From contig CAWIIB010000001.1 of assembly GCA_963836075.1 (NCBI GenBank), positions 1,184,001-1,248,000 on the forward strand: 64,000 nucleotides of DNA. The letters are read 5' to 3'. Position 1 is the first letter of the stretch; every line of letters starts with the position of its first letter. The position numbers and the translations under genes were made by a program. Shown piece by piece: positions 48,859-60,137 of this stretch. The notes beneath the pieces are model-generated. The model worked only from the letters and a program-made list of their open reading frames with translations, was not told the origin of the DNA and ran no database searches. This stretch comes from an uncultured Acidobacteriota bacterium. Its GTDB lineage: Bacteria; Acidobacteriota; JAQAZP01.

Positions 48859-50301
48859 ATGTCCAGGTCGATTGTATTGAACCGGAACGTGATCGAGATG
48901 GAATACGCCGTTCGGGGACCGATCCCCCAGCGGGCTGCCGTACTTCGCCAGCAGGGGATGAAGACCATCCCCTGCAACATCGGCAACCCCCAGGCGCTGG
49001 GGCAGAAACCGATCTCCTTTTACCGCCAGGTGCTCAGCCTGGCCGAGATGCCCTCCCGGATTGGCCGCGAACGCGCGCTGAACGCCTTGCGCCGCCGCGA
49101 CAGCCGGTCGTTCCCTGGCCTGGACGAAGGGGACTTCTGCTCGGACTACGTGCTCGACTTCACCGACCGGATGCTGGGCCTGCTGGAGACCGGCACCGGG
49201 GCCTACACCGACAGCAAGGGTCCGGCCTTTATCCGCCGCGCGGTGGCGGACTTCATCGACCGCCGTGACGGGGTGACCCCGGCGAGCGGTATCCCGGCCG
49301 ACCCGGAGGCGATCTTTCTCACCGACGGGGCCAGCGAAGGGGCGAAAAATGTCATCGAGGCGCTGATCACCAAAGAGAACGACGGGATCATGATCCCCAT
49401 CCCGCAGTATCCACTCTACTCGGCCACCATCACCCGCTGCGGCGGCGCCCAGGTCAACTATTACCCCGACGAAGAGAACGGCTGGGTCCTCAACCGCGCC
49501 ATCCTCGACGAGGGCCTGGCTGATGCCCGCCGCCGGGGCGTCAATCTCAAGGCCATCGTGGTGATCAACCCGGGTAACCCCACCGGCGCCATTCTCGACG
49601 AGGAGAGCGTGCGGGTGGTGATCAGCTTCGCCCTGGAGAACGGGCTGGCCATCATCGCCGACGAGGTCTACCAGGAGAACCTCTACGGCGGGGAGTTCTT
49701 CTCCTTGGCCCGGATACTGGGCCAGGAAAAGGAGGTCACGCTGTTCAGCCTGCACAGCGCCTCCAAGGGCTTCTACGGCGAGTGCGGCCACCGCGGCGGC
49801 TACCTGGAAGTGCGCAACCCGCCGGCGGTTGAAGGCAGCGAGATCCCCTTCCTCGACGTGATGTTCAAACAGGCCTCGGTGAATCTCTGCTCCAACACGG
49901 TGGGCCAGATTCTGATCTACCTCATGGCCAGTTCGCCGGAACCGGGCAGCGACCTCTACCACCAGTTCACCACCGAACGCCAGGGAGTGCTGGACGACCT
50001 CTACGGCAAGGCCACCATGATCAGGGAGGCCTTCACGTCGATGGAGGGGATGGAGTGCTTCGGACGCACCGGAGCGATGTATCTCTTCCCCCGGCTGGGG
50101 CGGCTGCCCGCCGGCACCGGCGACTTCGACTACTGCATGAACCTCCTGGAAACCACCGGCCTCTGCACGGTCAACGGGTCGGGTTTCGGACAGCAGGAGA
50201 ACACCCATCACCTGCGGATCGCCTTCCTGCCTCCACGAGAGATGCTGGAGGAGATCCTGCCCCGCTGGATCGAGTTTCACAACGACTATGTCACGGGCTG
50301 A
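48859..50301 (+). CDS. Alanine aminotransferase-like PLP enzyme (class I/II), eukaryote-type motif set
   Basis: EYAVRGPI, CNIGNP, GAYTDSKG, PIPQYPLYSAT, INPGNPTG, ADEVYQEN, HSASKGFYGECGHRGGY, GSGFGQ. GGAGGA RBS. Confidence 0.88.
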   Translation: MSRSIVLNRNVIEMEYAVRGPIPQRAAVLRQQGMKTIPCNIGNPQALGQKPISFYRQVLSLAEMPSRIGRERALNALRRRDSRSFPGLDEGDFCSDYVLDFTDRMLGLLETGTGAYTDSKGPAFIRRAVADFIDRRDGVTPASGIPADPEAIFLTDGASEGAKNVIEALITKENDGIMIPIPQYPLYSATITRCGGAQVNYYPDEENGWVLNRAILDEGLADARRRGVNLKAIVVINPGNPTGAILDEESVRVVISFALENGLAIIADEVYQENLYGGEFFSLARILGQEKEVTLFSLHSASKGFYGECGHRGGYLEVRNPPAVEGSEIPFLDVMFKQASVNLCSNTVGQILIYLMASSPEPGSDLYHQFTTERQGVLDDLYGKATMIREAFTSMEGMECFGRTGAMYLFPRLGRLPAGTGDFDYCMNLLETTGLCTVNGSGFGQQENTHHLRIAFLPPREMLEEILPRWIEFHNDYVTG

Positions 50302-50439
50302 GTCGCGCCCGGTTCAAAAAAGAGTATCTCCACTTCTGAAGTATCGTGGCCGCCCGGCCTGGCGGGGCATCAGCCCCTGCCCGGCCGCCGGCCGTGGAGC
50401 CCCCCGGTGGACAATGGCGGCGGGGCGGGGAGCAGTGCC

Positions 50440-51300
50440 ATGCGCCGTCTGAAGATCACAAACCTGGCCGCCATCCTCATCGGATCGGCGATCATGGGCT
50501 TCGGCATCAACTATTTCAACATTGCCAACAACCTGGCCGAGGGGGGTGTCACCGGCATCGCCATCCTGCTCAAACTGAGCTTCGACCTCGACCCCGGGCT
50601 GACCTCGCTGCTGATCAATATCCCCCTGCTGCTGCTGGGCTGGAAGGTGCTGGGCCGCATCACCCTGGTCTACACGGTATTCGGCACACTCTGCGTCTCA
50701 TTCTTCCTCTGGCTCTTCGGCCGCTACCGGCTGCCCCTGGACGACATCCTCCTGGCCTCGCTCTTTGCCGGGGCCTTTGTCGGCATCGGGCTGGGGATCA
50801 TCTTCCGCTTCGGCGGCACCACCGGCGGCGTGGACATCATCGCCCGCATCTGCCACAAGTATTTCGGCTGGCGGATCGGCCGCACGATCCTGGTGGCCGA
50901 TATGCTGGTCATCGCCGTCTCACTGATCCACCTCACCGTGCAGCAGGCGATGTACACCGTGGTGGCCGTCTTTGTGGGGGCACGGGTGATCGACGTGGTG
51001 CAGGATGCCGCCTATTCGGCACGGGCGGTGTTCATCATCTCCGACCAGGAGCCGGAGATCGCCAAACGGATCATGGCCCACATGAACCGCGGGGTGACCG
51101 TACTCAAAGGCACCGGCGGCTACACCGACCGGGACAAGGCGGTGATCTACACCGTGGTCAGCCGTTACGAGATCGTCAAGCTGAAGAACCTGATCCAGCG
51201 CATCGATCCAGCGGCCTTCATCTCCATCCAGCAGGCCAACGAGGTGATGGGCGAAGGCTTCACCCTCGACACCAACAAACAGCCGCTCTTCGAAGAATGA
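50440..51300 (+). CDS. YitT family membrane protein
   Basis: LAEGGVTGIA, NIPLL, GGTTGGVDI, RGVT...GGYT, IDPAAFI. Confidence 0.9.
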   Translation: MRRLKITNLAAILIGSAIMGFGINYFNIANNLAEGGVTGIAILLKLSFDLDPGLTSLLINIPLLLLGWKVLGRITLVYTVFGTLCVSFFLWLFGRYRLPLDDILLASLFAGAFVGIGLGIIFRFGGTTGGVDIIARICHKYFGWRIGRTILVADMLVIAVSLIHLTVQQAMYTVVAVFVGARVIDVVQDAAYSARAVFIISDQEPEIAKRIMAHMNRGVTVLKGTGGYTDRDKAVIYTVVSRYEIVKLKNLIQRIDPAAFISIQQANEVMGEGFTLDTNKQPLFEE

Positions 51301-51487
51301 CGCCGGACTCCTTTTCGCTAAAGGTCGCAATTTCCCTCAGGGGGCAATTCCCGATTGAAAGTCGTTCCCGGGAATGGTAGTGTACTTGCGCCTTGTTGCA
51401 GGCGAGGAGCACTACCACAGGCCCGCCACCCGGCACAGCTGAATGAACTGCAACGAGACCCGGATCAGATCACCTGGAGGTTCTCCC

Positions 51488-53671
51488 GTGAGTGTCCCCA
51501 AGCGGATTGTCCTTACCACCGGCTGTATTCTGTTCAGCCTGATGCTGGCCGCCACCGGGACATCCTTTGCCCAGCGGGCCGAACCGATCATCATCGACCA
51601 TAGCTGTACCGTCCTCGAGGATATTCCAGAGGAATGGGTTATCGAGGCCAAAGACCAGCTGCGAATTTGCTACGGTCACACTTCACACGGAAGCCAGCCC
51701 ATTTCCGGAATGCAAGTACTGATGGACGATCCCGGTTACCAGGGCCTCTACGATTTCAACTATGACGGAGCCGTGGAACCAGGAGTGCTCTCCCTCCAAG
51801 ACACCGTACCCGAAGGTGACCTGGGAAATCCGGATTACACCACCTGGGCCGCGCGTACGCGCAGCCACCTCGACGGTCCGGGAAGCGACCGCAACGTGGT
51901 GATCTGGTCCTGGTGCGGCCAGGTCGACACCACGTCCGAGAACATCGATATCTACCTCGGTCTGATGAATCAACTGGAGGCAGATTATCCTGATGTTTCC
52001 TTCGTCTACATGACCGGCCATCTCAACGGCACCGGCGAAACGGGCAATGTCAACCTGCGGAATAACCAGATCCGGGCCTTCTGCATCGCCAACAACAAAA
52101 CTCTCTACGATTTCGCCGATATCGAGAGCTACGACCCGGATGGTAACTATTTCCTCGACCAGGGCGCTGATGATGAATGCAACTACGACGGCGGCAACTG
52201 GGCCGATGAATGGTGCGACTCACATCCCGGCAGTCCGCTCTGTATTGATTGTACCTGTGCCCACTCCCGGCCGCTGAACTGCAATCTCAAGGCCCGGGCC
52301 TTCTGGCGGCTCCTGGCAGAGATCGCCGGCATGGGGACAAAGCCGGACGAATACAGCATCGCCTTCTCCCCGTCCAGCCTCGTCTTCACCGCGCTGGAGG
52401 GCGGATCGCCTCCGGCGGCGCAAACCCTGGAGATCTGGCGCGAAGGGGACGGCACGCTGGACTGGACCGCCGCTGAGAGCACCGGCTGGCTCTCCCTGTC
52501 ACCCGCTTCGGGCAGTTCCACCGGTGAACATGATCCGGTGACTGTGGCAGTGGACGCCGCCGGCCTGCAGACCGGCACCTTCAATGCCACCATCACCATC
52601 TCCGATCCCGGTGCGCTGAACTCACCGCAAACCGTGCCGGTGAGCCTCACGGTCACCAGCGCCCAGACCTTCATCACGGCAGGCCCGGGCCCGGACTACG
52701 GCAACTCGCCGGAGGTGCGCGTCTTCCCACCGGAACAGGACAGCGGGCCGATCTATACCTTTGCCGCATACGGATCCCCGCACTACGGGGTGAACGTCAG
52801 CTGCGGCCGGGTGGCCGGCGGCAGCGGCGACGTGATCCTCACCGGCGCCGGACCGGGGGACATCTATGGACCCCACGTGCGGGGCTTCAGTGCGGACGGT
52901 ACACCGGTGGGCGGGCTGAGCTTCCTGGCCTATGGCACCAACAAGTTCGGGGTCAACGTGGCGGCCGGCGACCTGGACGCTGACGGCTATGACGAGATCA
53001 TCACCGGCGCAGGACCGGGCGCCGTCTTCGGCCCCCATGTCCGGGCCTTCGATTTCGACGGCGCACCGCCGGTGAGCCCGGTGGCCGGAGTGAGCTACTT
53101 CGCCTACGGCACACTGAAATACGGGGTCAATATCGCCGCCGGCGACCTGGACGGCGACGGTTATGACGAGATCGTCACCGGCGCTGGGCCGGGTGCCGTC
53201 TTTGGCCCCCACGTCCGGGGCTGGAACGTGGACGGCGGGGCGGCGACACCCATCCCCGGGGTCAGCTGGTTTGCCTACGGCACCTTGAAATACGGGGTCC
53301 ATGTGGCAGCCGGCGACCTGGACGGCGACGGACTGGCCGAGATCGTCACCGCCCCGGGCCCCTCTTCCCTCTTCGGCGCCCATGTGCGCGGCTGGAACGT
53401 GGACGGCACGGTGAGCCCCATGCCCGGCTTCAGCTTCTTCGCCTGGCCGGCAAGCCAGTCCACTTATGGCGCCCGGATCTTTGCCGGCGCCGACCTCAAC
53501 GATGACGGACGGGACGACCTGGTGGCGGGTGCCGGTCCGGACCCGGCGGCCGGAACACCGGTGCAGGTCTACCGCTACCTCGGCGGCACGGCCGAGCTCT
53601 GGTTCTCCCTGGAGGCCTTCCCCGCCGGCACCACCAGCGGCACCAGCGTTGCCGGAGGCGATCTGGGCTAG
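51488..53671 (+). CDS. Secreted protein: SGNH-like alpha/beta domain + BACON-like Ig domain + FG-GAP-like repeat block
   Basis: GTG 51488 with GGAGG RBS; signal peptide ...TSFA|Q; YGHTSHGSQ/WSWCG/DFADIES; WLSLSPASG; GDLDGDGYDEIVTG repeats. Confidence 0.8.
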   Translation: MSVPKRIVLTTGCILFSLMLAATGTSFAQRAEPIIIDHSCTVLEDIPEEWVIEAKDQLRICYGHTSHGSQPISGMQVLMDDPGYQGLYDFNYDGAVEPGVLSLQDTVPEGDLGNPDYTTWAARTRSHLDGPGSDRNVVIWSWCGQVDTTSENIDIYLGLMNQLEADYPDVSFVYMTGHLNGTGETGNVNLRNNQIRAFCIANNKTLYDFADIESYDPDGNYFLDQGADDECNYDGGNWADEWCDSHPGSPLCIDCTCAHSRPLNCNLKARAFWRLLAEIAGMGTKPDEYSIAFSPSSLVFTALEGGSPPAAQTLEIWREGDGTLDWTAAESTGWLSLSPASGSSTGEHDPVTVAVDAAGLQTGTFNATITISDPGALNSPQTVPVSLTVTSAQTFITAGPGPDYGNSPEVRVFPPEQDSGPIYTFAAYGSPHYGVNVSCGRVAGGSGDVILTGAGPGDIYGPHVRGFSADGTPVGGLSFLAYGTNKFGVNVAAGDLDADGYDEIITGAGPGAVFGPHVRAFDFDGAPPVSPVAGVSYFAYGTLKYGVNIAAGDLDGDGYDEIVTGAGPGAVFGPHVRGWNVDGGAATPIPGVSWFAYGTLKYGVHVAAGDLDGDGLAEIVTAPGPSSLFGAHVRGWNVDGTVSPMPGFSFFAWPASQSTYGARIFAGADLNDDGRDDLVAGAGPDPAAGTPVQVYRYLGGTAELWFSLEAFPAGTTSGTSVAGGDLG
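52931..53400 (+). repeat. Three tandem 57-58-aa FG-GAP/VCBS-like intragenic repeats
   Basis: YGT.K(Y/F)GV.(V/I)AAGDLD.DG..EI.T.(A/P)GP...FG.HVR units starting at 52931, 53105 and 53276. Confidence 0.85.
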
Positions 53672-55167
53672 CCTGGCCCAACCAATTCCTCGAACAACAC
53701 CGCTATTTCTTCGGCGATCAACCTGTGCCCTTCCCGGGTCGGGTGGCAGTGGTCCAGGAAGAGGGATTCCCTTCCCTCCCTGTTGAACGCTGAAACCGCA
53801 TCCACCAGGGGAACACCATATTTCAACGAGAGTTCCTTCAGCTTTTCCCTGTATGCACTCTTGATCCGCAAAGACAGGTAGTCAAGATCCTTTGCCCTTT
53901 CCAGTTCGGCCTCAGCTTCGCAGAGTTTCCCTTTACTTTTCAGCGCGATACCCAGGTTGTAGTGGAAGACGGGGTATGAAGGGTTCTCGGTGAGGGCCTT
54001 CCGGAAATAGACCTCGGCTGCCGTGTGGTTGCCCTCCTTCAAGTAAAGAACCCCCAGATTGTTGAGGAATGTGGAGTTGTGCGGTTCGGTGAGCAGACGT
54101 TCCTCGTAAAAAGTCCTGTTCGCACCGGGATCACCCTGATCCTCGTAGGCTGATCGGAAGACGGAGATGGAGTAACGGGTGATCTGGTCATGGTCCCTGG
54201 CAAACTGCTCCCAGTCCAGGGCATAGGCGATCTTTCGTTGCAGGAGTTTCTGGGTCCGGTCTGCCATCACCAGTTCACCCTGCAGGTTCCTGATGTCGGA
54301 GAAGAGCTTGAACTGCAAACCGGCAGGCCATTCCAGGGGAACCGGGACGTTCACCATGGCCATATCGATACTGTTCTCTCTGGCGAAAGCGATCATTTTC
54401 TCAAGGTTCAGGTAGTAGTCTTCAGGCAATACCCTGATCACCACCTCCCTGTCCTCCGTACGCTCGCTCCCCAGCCGGTTCTTGATCAGCAGGATGATTT
54501 TTTCCATGAACCTGTAGGTGGCGAGGTTGTGCAGAGCGTCGAGGAAGCTCACGAACCGAGCGTTCCGGTGAACGAGCTCCTTGTCGGAAATATAGCCGCT
54601 CATCGAGGCATCGTTATTGCCGAAATAGGTCAGGATCAGGTCGGGTGAGTATTTCAATCCATAATTTTGAAGATAAAGCAGGCCCTGCAGGGAGGTGTAG
54701 CCGGAAACCGCCGCATTGACCAGTTCGAACTTTTTCCCGGGGTATCGCCGATCCAGGATTTCCACCAGCTGTTCCCCGAAAGCATGCTCTCTCTGTTTCA
54801 AGCCCAGGCCCACGGGAGTGGAATCCCCCAGCAACAGAATTCTGTAAGTGTCCCGGGGTTTGGGGATGGCAATGTCAGGGCCCAGCAGACCATCGTGATT
54901 GGTCCGCAGGAGGGGTTGGCGAACATCAGGTTTGAACTTCCACAGCAGCAGAGGGTCGCTCTGGTGCACTCCCCGGAAACGGGAGAAGAGCTCGTGCTGC
55001 CAGAGCTTGTTTCCGTGGATCAGCTTCTCCTGTCCAGTTCTGGAGGAAATGGCGTGAAAACCCAGCTCCAGGATCCTCAAAGCCCCCTCCAGGAACAGGA
55101 TGGGAGAAACGATGAGGATCACTTTGATCAGAATATGTTTGATCTTGAGACTGGATATCAGTGACAT
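53668..55167 (-). CDS. Membrane-anchored SGNH/GDSL hydrolase with inserted TPRs
   Basis: LLGDS, NAAVSGYTS, FGNND, DHCHP; TPR-like NNLGVLY...YNLGIAL. Its TAG overlaps the convergent gene's TAG (CTAG, 53668-53671). Confidence 0.88.
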   Translation of the reverse strand: MSLISSLKIKHILIKVILIVSPILFLEGALRILELGFHAISSRTGQEKLIHGNKLWQHELFSRFRGVHQSDPLLLWKFKPDVRQPLLRTNHDGLLGPDIAIPKPRDTYRILLLGDSTPVGLGLKQREHAFGEQLVEILDRRYPGKKFELVNAAVSGYTSLQGLLYLQNYGLKYSPDLILTYFGNNDASMSGYISDKELVHRNARFVSFLDALHNLATYRFMEKIILLIKNRLGSERTEDREVVIRVLPEDYYLNLEKMIAFARENSIDMAMVNVPVPLEWPAGLQFKLFSDIRNLQGELVMADRTQKLLQRKIAYALDWEQFARDHDQITRYSISVFRSAYEDQGDPGANRTFYEERLLTEPHNSTFLNNLGVLYLKEGNHTAAEVYFRKALTENPSYPVFHYNLGIALKSKGKLCEAEAELERAKDLDYLSLRIKSAYREKLKELSLKYGVPLVDAVSAFNREGRESLFLDHCHPTREGHRLIAEEIAVLFEELVGPG

Positions 55168-55270
55168 TTCAGATACTCGGCATCAGCTGAATTCGATTAT
55201 TGGAATCCAACTGTAGCGGATTCAGCCCAGGCCCATCAAGAGCCCACCCGGAATCACACAAGCGGAAATC

Positions 55271-55315
55271 TTATCGATAATATTTATAGATTGTTATTGC
55301 CGCAGGTGATATAAT
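55271..55315 (+). promoter_or_regulatory. Extended -10 promoter with an upstream palindrome, serving the stand-alone domain gene
   Basis: TGaTATAAT at 55307-55315; perfect palindrome TTATCGATAA at 55271-55280 in an AT-rich divergent spacer. Confidence 0.6.
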
Positions 55316-55394
55316 ATCGACAGATTTAGTAGACGATTCAGCAGAGTGCCCCCGGTCAAACATCGACGGAGACAACTCCTGGAAGGAGAATCAA

Positions 55395-55847
55395 ATGTCA
55401 ACCCATCTGACGAAAATCCTCGTTGTCCTGGCAATGACCATGCTCTTCGCCCCCGCGGCCCAGTCCGAAGTTCTCGGAGTTACACCCACTCTCGATCTGG
55501 AACTGACCTGCTCACCGGAGAAATTCACCCTCCCCGGCGACCTCCTGTTCAGTATCGAAGCCGTCAATATGACCGACCACCCGCGCATCTACTGGGGCCG
55601 CATAAACGTCGCCCTGGGCCAGGGACAAGTGATCCGGAACTGGCGGTTGGAGTTCGATCAGACTGTTGGAGGGCGCCAGACCTACAACAAACAGTTCAAG
55701 ATCAGGATTCCCGCCCTCCCCGGGTTTGCCGGAAACTATCGCTTCAAGTGCACCGCCATTGACATCACCCCGCCCGCGATGATCAATGGAATTCCCGCCG
55801 GCTACCGTGCCCGGAGCGAATGCATCGTGGGGATGATTCTCCCGTAG
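55395..55847 (+). CDS. Small secreted protein made only of a signal peptide and a divergent copy (C) of the shared C-terminal domain
   Basis: AAGGAG RBS; signal ...APAAQS|E; TLDLELTCSP...LP...N...R...GRINV.L..G....NWR...IPAL...G...F...DITPP...PAG...C.V...P*. Confidence 0.85.
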   Translation: MSTHLTKILVVLAMTMLFAPAAQSEVLGVTPTLDLELTCSPEKFTLPGDLLFSIEAVNMTDHPRIYWGRINVALGQGQVIRNWRLEFDQTVGGRQTYNKQFKIRIPALPGFAGNYRFKCTAIDITPPAMINGIPAGYRARSECIVGMILP

Positions 55848-55897
55848 GACCGCGCCAGGAGGTATCAGGGAGGGACGTACGGAGCATGGTCGGGGTA

Positions 55898-57757
<1,860 letters not shown>

Positions 57758-57960
57758 CTGGCCCACCTCGAATAAGCTGCCGTGTTCCCCTGCCGGGATT
57801 CGTGCAAACGACAGGAGCCGGGAAAAAGGGGGATCCCCCCCCGGCGGTCGCGGTCATCGTATCAACGGTGCGCGCGTAGTGTGACAAATCAGGGGGTGGC
57901 GATTCAAGGAGGGAAAGGTAAATCGGCAATAAGGCTGTCCAGTGTCACCGGGTTCGACGG

Positions 57961-57989
57961 TTGAAGCGTGACTAACGCCCTCATATACT
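57961..57989 (+). promoter_or_regulatory. Sigma70 promoter of the 58040-60004 operon
   Basis: TTGAAG-N17-TATACT. Confidence 0.75.
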
Positions 57990-58039
57990 GTCTGTACTTG
58001 TAGAAAGCGTTTGATAACCGGAGCCTGGAGGAGGACATC

Positions 58040-58252
58040 ATGGAAATCGATCTGGTCAGCTTCTTCTTCGGCGTGGTGCTGACCCTGGCCCTGATCCTGG
58101 TGGCCGAGCGGGTCTACGGCCGGTTCTTCGGCAACAAGGAACTGCGCACGTTGCGGCGCGAAGTCAAACGTCTGCAGGGGATTTTGCGTAAGAAGAATGA
58201 ACTGATCAAGAAATCACTGAAAGATATCGAGACTCGGGAGGCCCGTCAATGA
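58040..58252 (+). CDS. Small membrane protein (1 TM + coiled coil)
   Basis: GGAGGAGG RBS; hydrophobic N-terminus; ATGA overlap with the next gene. Confidence 0.8.
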   Translation: MEIDLVSFFFGVVLTLALILVAERVYGRFFGNKELRTLRREVKRLQGILRKKNELIKKSLKDIETREARQ

Positions 58253-58560
58253 ACGAACATATCGATCGCCTGAAGAAATCGGTTACCCACGGGGCCATCG
58301 GTGGGCTGGCCGGGTTTATCGCTGAACGGGGCCTGGAATCGGCCACCGGAATGGACTTCATCAACGGCGTCTTCGAGGTTGCCGGCGCCACCCTGGGGGT
58401 GGTCAACGCCAACCGCGACCTGATCAAGCTGGCCTACGACAGCGCGGTCCAGCTCACCGGCAAGGAACCGAAGGATCTGACCAACGACGAGTGGGAAGAG
58501 GTCCGCCGGAAATATCCCAAGGCCGTGGAATACCTGGAGCGGGCGCTGGCCCTGCAATAA
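58249..58560 (+). CDS. Hypothetical protein with a glycine-zipper-like segment
   Basis: GAIGGLAGFIAERG; translationally coupled; GC3-rich codons. Confidence 0.78.
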   Translation: MNEHIDRLKKSVTHGAIGGLAGFIAERGLESATGMDFINGVFEVAGATLGVVNANRDLIKLAYDSAVQLTGKEPKDLTNDEWEEVRRKYPKAVEYLERALALQ

Positions 58561-58574
58561 GCGGTGAAACCTTC

Positions 58575-59249
58575 ATGCCCGTTCCCGGATTGACTACGCT
58601 GGCCCTCACCGCCACCCGTCTGGCCTATCACCTGGCCGAGAAGAAACGGTGGCTGCCGGGCGGGGCCTACCACCGTCTGTCGGTGGACCGTCTCAAGGCC
58701 GGGGACCTGGACGAGGCCGAACGGCTCAATCGCCTGGCCCTGCAGCGCAAACCGAAACACCACCGGGCCCTGGTGGTCCGCGACCTGATCGCCATGCGCC
58801 GGGACGCCACCACCGCCGAAATCCAGAAGAGGCTCGACGATGAACAGCTGCGGATCGACGCGCTGCAGGCGGAACGCCAGACCTGCCGCTGGACGCTGGC
58901 CCGGGGCGAACGGCGGCGGCGGCACAAGCGGCTTGCCGGCTGGTTGCTGATCCCCCTGGCCGTCGCGGGCGCCCTGGTGGCCGGTACCGTGCTGGCCGGC
59001 GAGCAGTTCCCCCTCTGGGGCCGGATCGTTGCCGGGGCGGTGGGCGCCGCCCTGGTCTTCGTCCTGGTGCTGCCACGGTTCATCGGCGGAAGAGTTGATG
59101 ACCTGGTGCGGGAGGAGGAATGCCGGGCCGCTCTGGTGACCCTCTCCCGAGAGATCGAGGCCCGCAGTCGGCGAACCGCCGAACTGCAGCGGCAGCTGAA
59201 GGAAATCGCAGGGCCGCCGGACTGGCGAACCGAGGGAGCGGGACCATGA
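58575..59249 (+). CDS. Hypothetical membrane protein (TPR-like helix pair, coiled coils, 2 TM)
   Basis: AGDLDEAERL...AL; two hydrophobic helices; ATGA overlap with the ABC ATPase. Confidence 0.72.
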   Translation: MPVPGLTTLALTATRLAYHLAEKKRWLPGGAYHRLSVDRLKAGDLDEAERLNRLALQRKPKHHRALVVRDLIAMRRDATTAEIQKRLDDEQLRIDALQAERQTCRWTLARGERRRRHKRLAGWLLIPLAVAGALVAGTVLAGEQFPLWGRIVAGAVGAALVFVLVLPRFIGGRVDDLVREEECRAALVTLSREIEARSRRTAELQRQLKEIAGPPDWRTEGAGP

Positions 59250-60004
59250 ACCCCCTGATCGGCCTCTACGAGCTCAACAAGTGGTACGGACCCCTGAAGG
59301 CCCTCGACCGGTTGACCATTGAGGTGCACGGCGGCGAGATCTACGGCCTGTTGGGGCCCAACGGCGCCGGCAAGACCACGGCCCTCTCCTGCCTGGCCGG
59401 TCTGTCCCGTGCGGACAGCGGCCGGGTGATGGTGGCCGGGGAGGACGTCCGTTCCCGGCAGCGCCAGGCGGCGGCCCGGCTGGCCCTGATCCCCGACCGC
59501 CCGCACCTCCCCGACCGGCTGACCGTCATCGAGGTGGGTGAATACAGCCTGGGGCTGCGCGGGGCCGGCACCCGGGAGGCGCGCCGGCGGTTCACCCCCT
59601 GGCTGGAGCGCTTCGGCCTGGCGGACAAGGTTGACAGCCTGGTCTCCGAGTTGTCCCACGGCATGCGGCAAAAGGTGGTCTTCTCCACCGCACTGGCCGC
59701 CGACACCGACGTGCTGGTGGTGGACGAGCCGATGGTGGGGCTGGACGTGCCGGCCCAGCGTCTGGTGCTGGACATCCTGCGCGAAAAAGCTGATGCCCAC
59801 AGCGCCGTGCTGGTGACCACCCACACCCTGGCGGTGGCCCAGAAGCTCTGCACCCGGGTGGGCATCCTCGACCATGGGCGGCTGCTGGAGGAGGGGGCGC
59901 CGGAGGTGCTTTCCGCTACCCGGGGCCGGCCCGACCTGGAGGAGGTGTTCCTCGACCTGCTCCGTGAAAGCCAGCCTGCGGCGCAGCCCTCCGAGGCGGG
60001 TTGA
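59246..60004 (+). CDS. ABC transporter ATP-binding protein (ABC-2/CcmA-like)
   Basis: GPNGAGKTT, LSHGMRQK, VVDEP..GLD, TTH. Confidence 0.93.
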   Translation: MNPLIGLYELNKWYGPLKALDRLTIEVHGGEIYGLLGPNGAGKTTALSCLAGLSRADSGRVMVAGEDVRSRQRQAAARLALIPDRPHLPDRLTVIEVGEYSLGLRGAGTREARRRFTPWLERFGLADKVDSLVSELSHGMRQKVVFSTALAADTDVLVVDEPMVGLDVPAQRLVLDILREKADAHSAVLVTTHTLAVAQKLCTRVGILDHGRLLEEGAPEVLSATRGRPDLEEVFLDLLRESQPAAQPSEAG

Positions 60005-60029
60005 ACGGCGGCAGGCCCTTTCCTATACT
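60001..60029 (+). promoter_or_regulatory. Sigma70 promoter of gdh
   Basis: TTGAAC-N17-TATACT. Confidence 0.75.
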
Positions 60030-60137
60030 GTTCCCCCGGAGCGGGACACGGATAGCCGGCCCAAACCGGTGCAGCAACATTGATTCGACATCTTCATCCA
60101 TCGCAACGTACAGGGAGTGACAAAGGAGCCCCGGAAA

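Noticed and set aside
52931-53400. DNA repeats as a CRISPR array or diversity-generating retroelement TR/VR
   Set aside because: In-frame 171-174-nt coding repeats differing largely at synonymous sites; no spacers and no reverse transcriptase.
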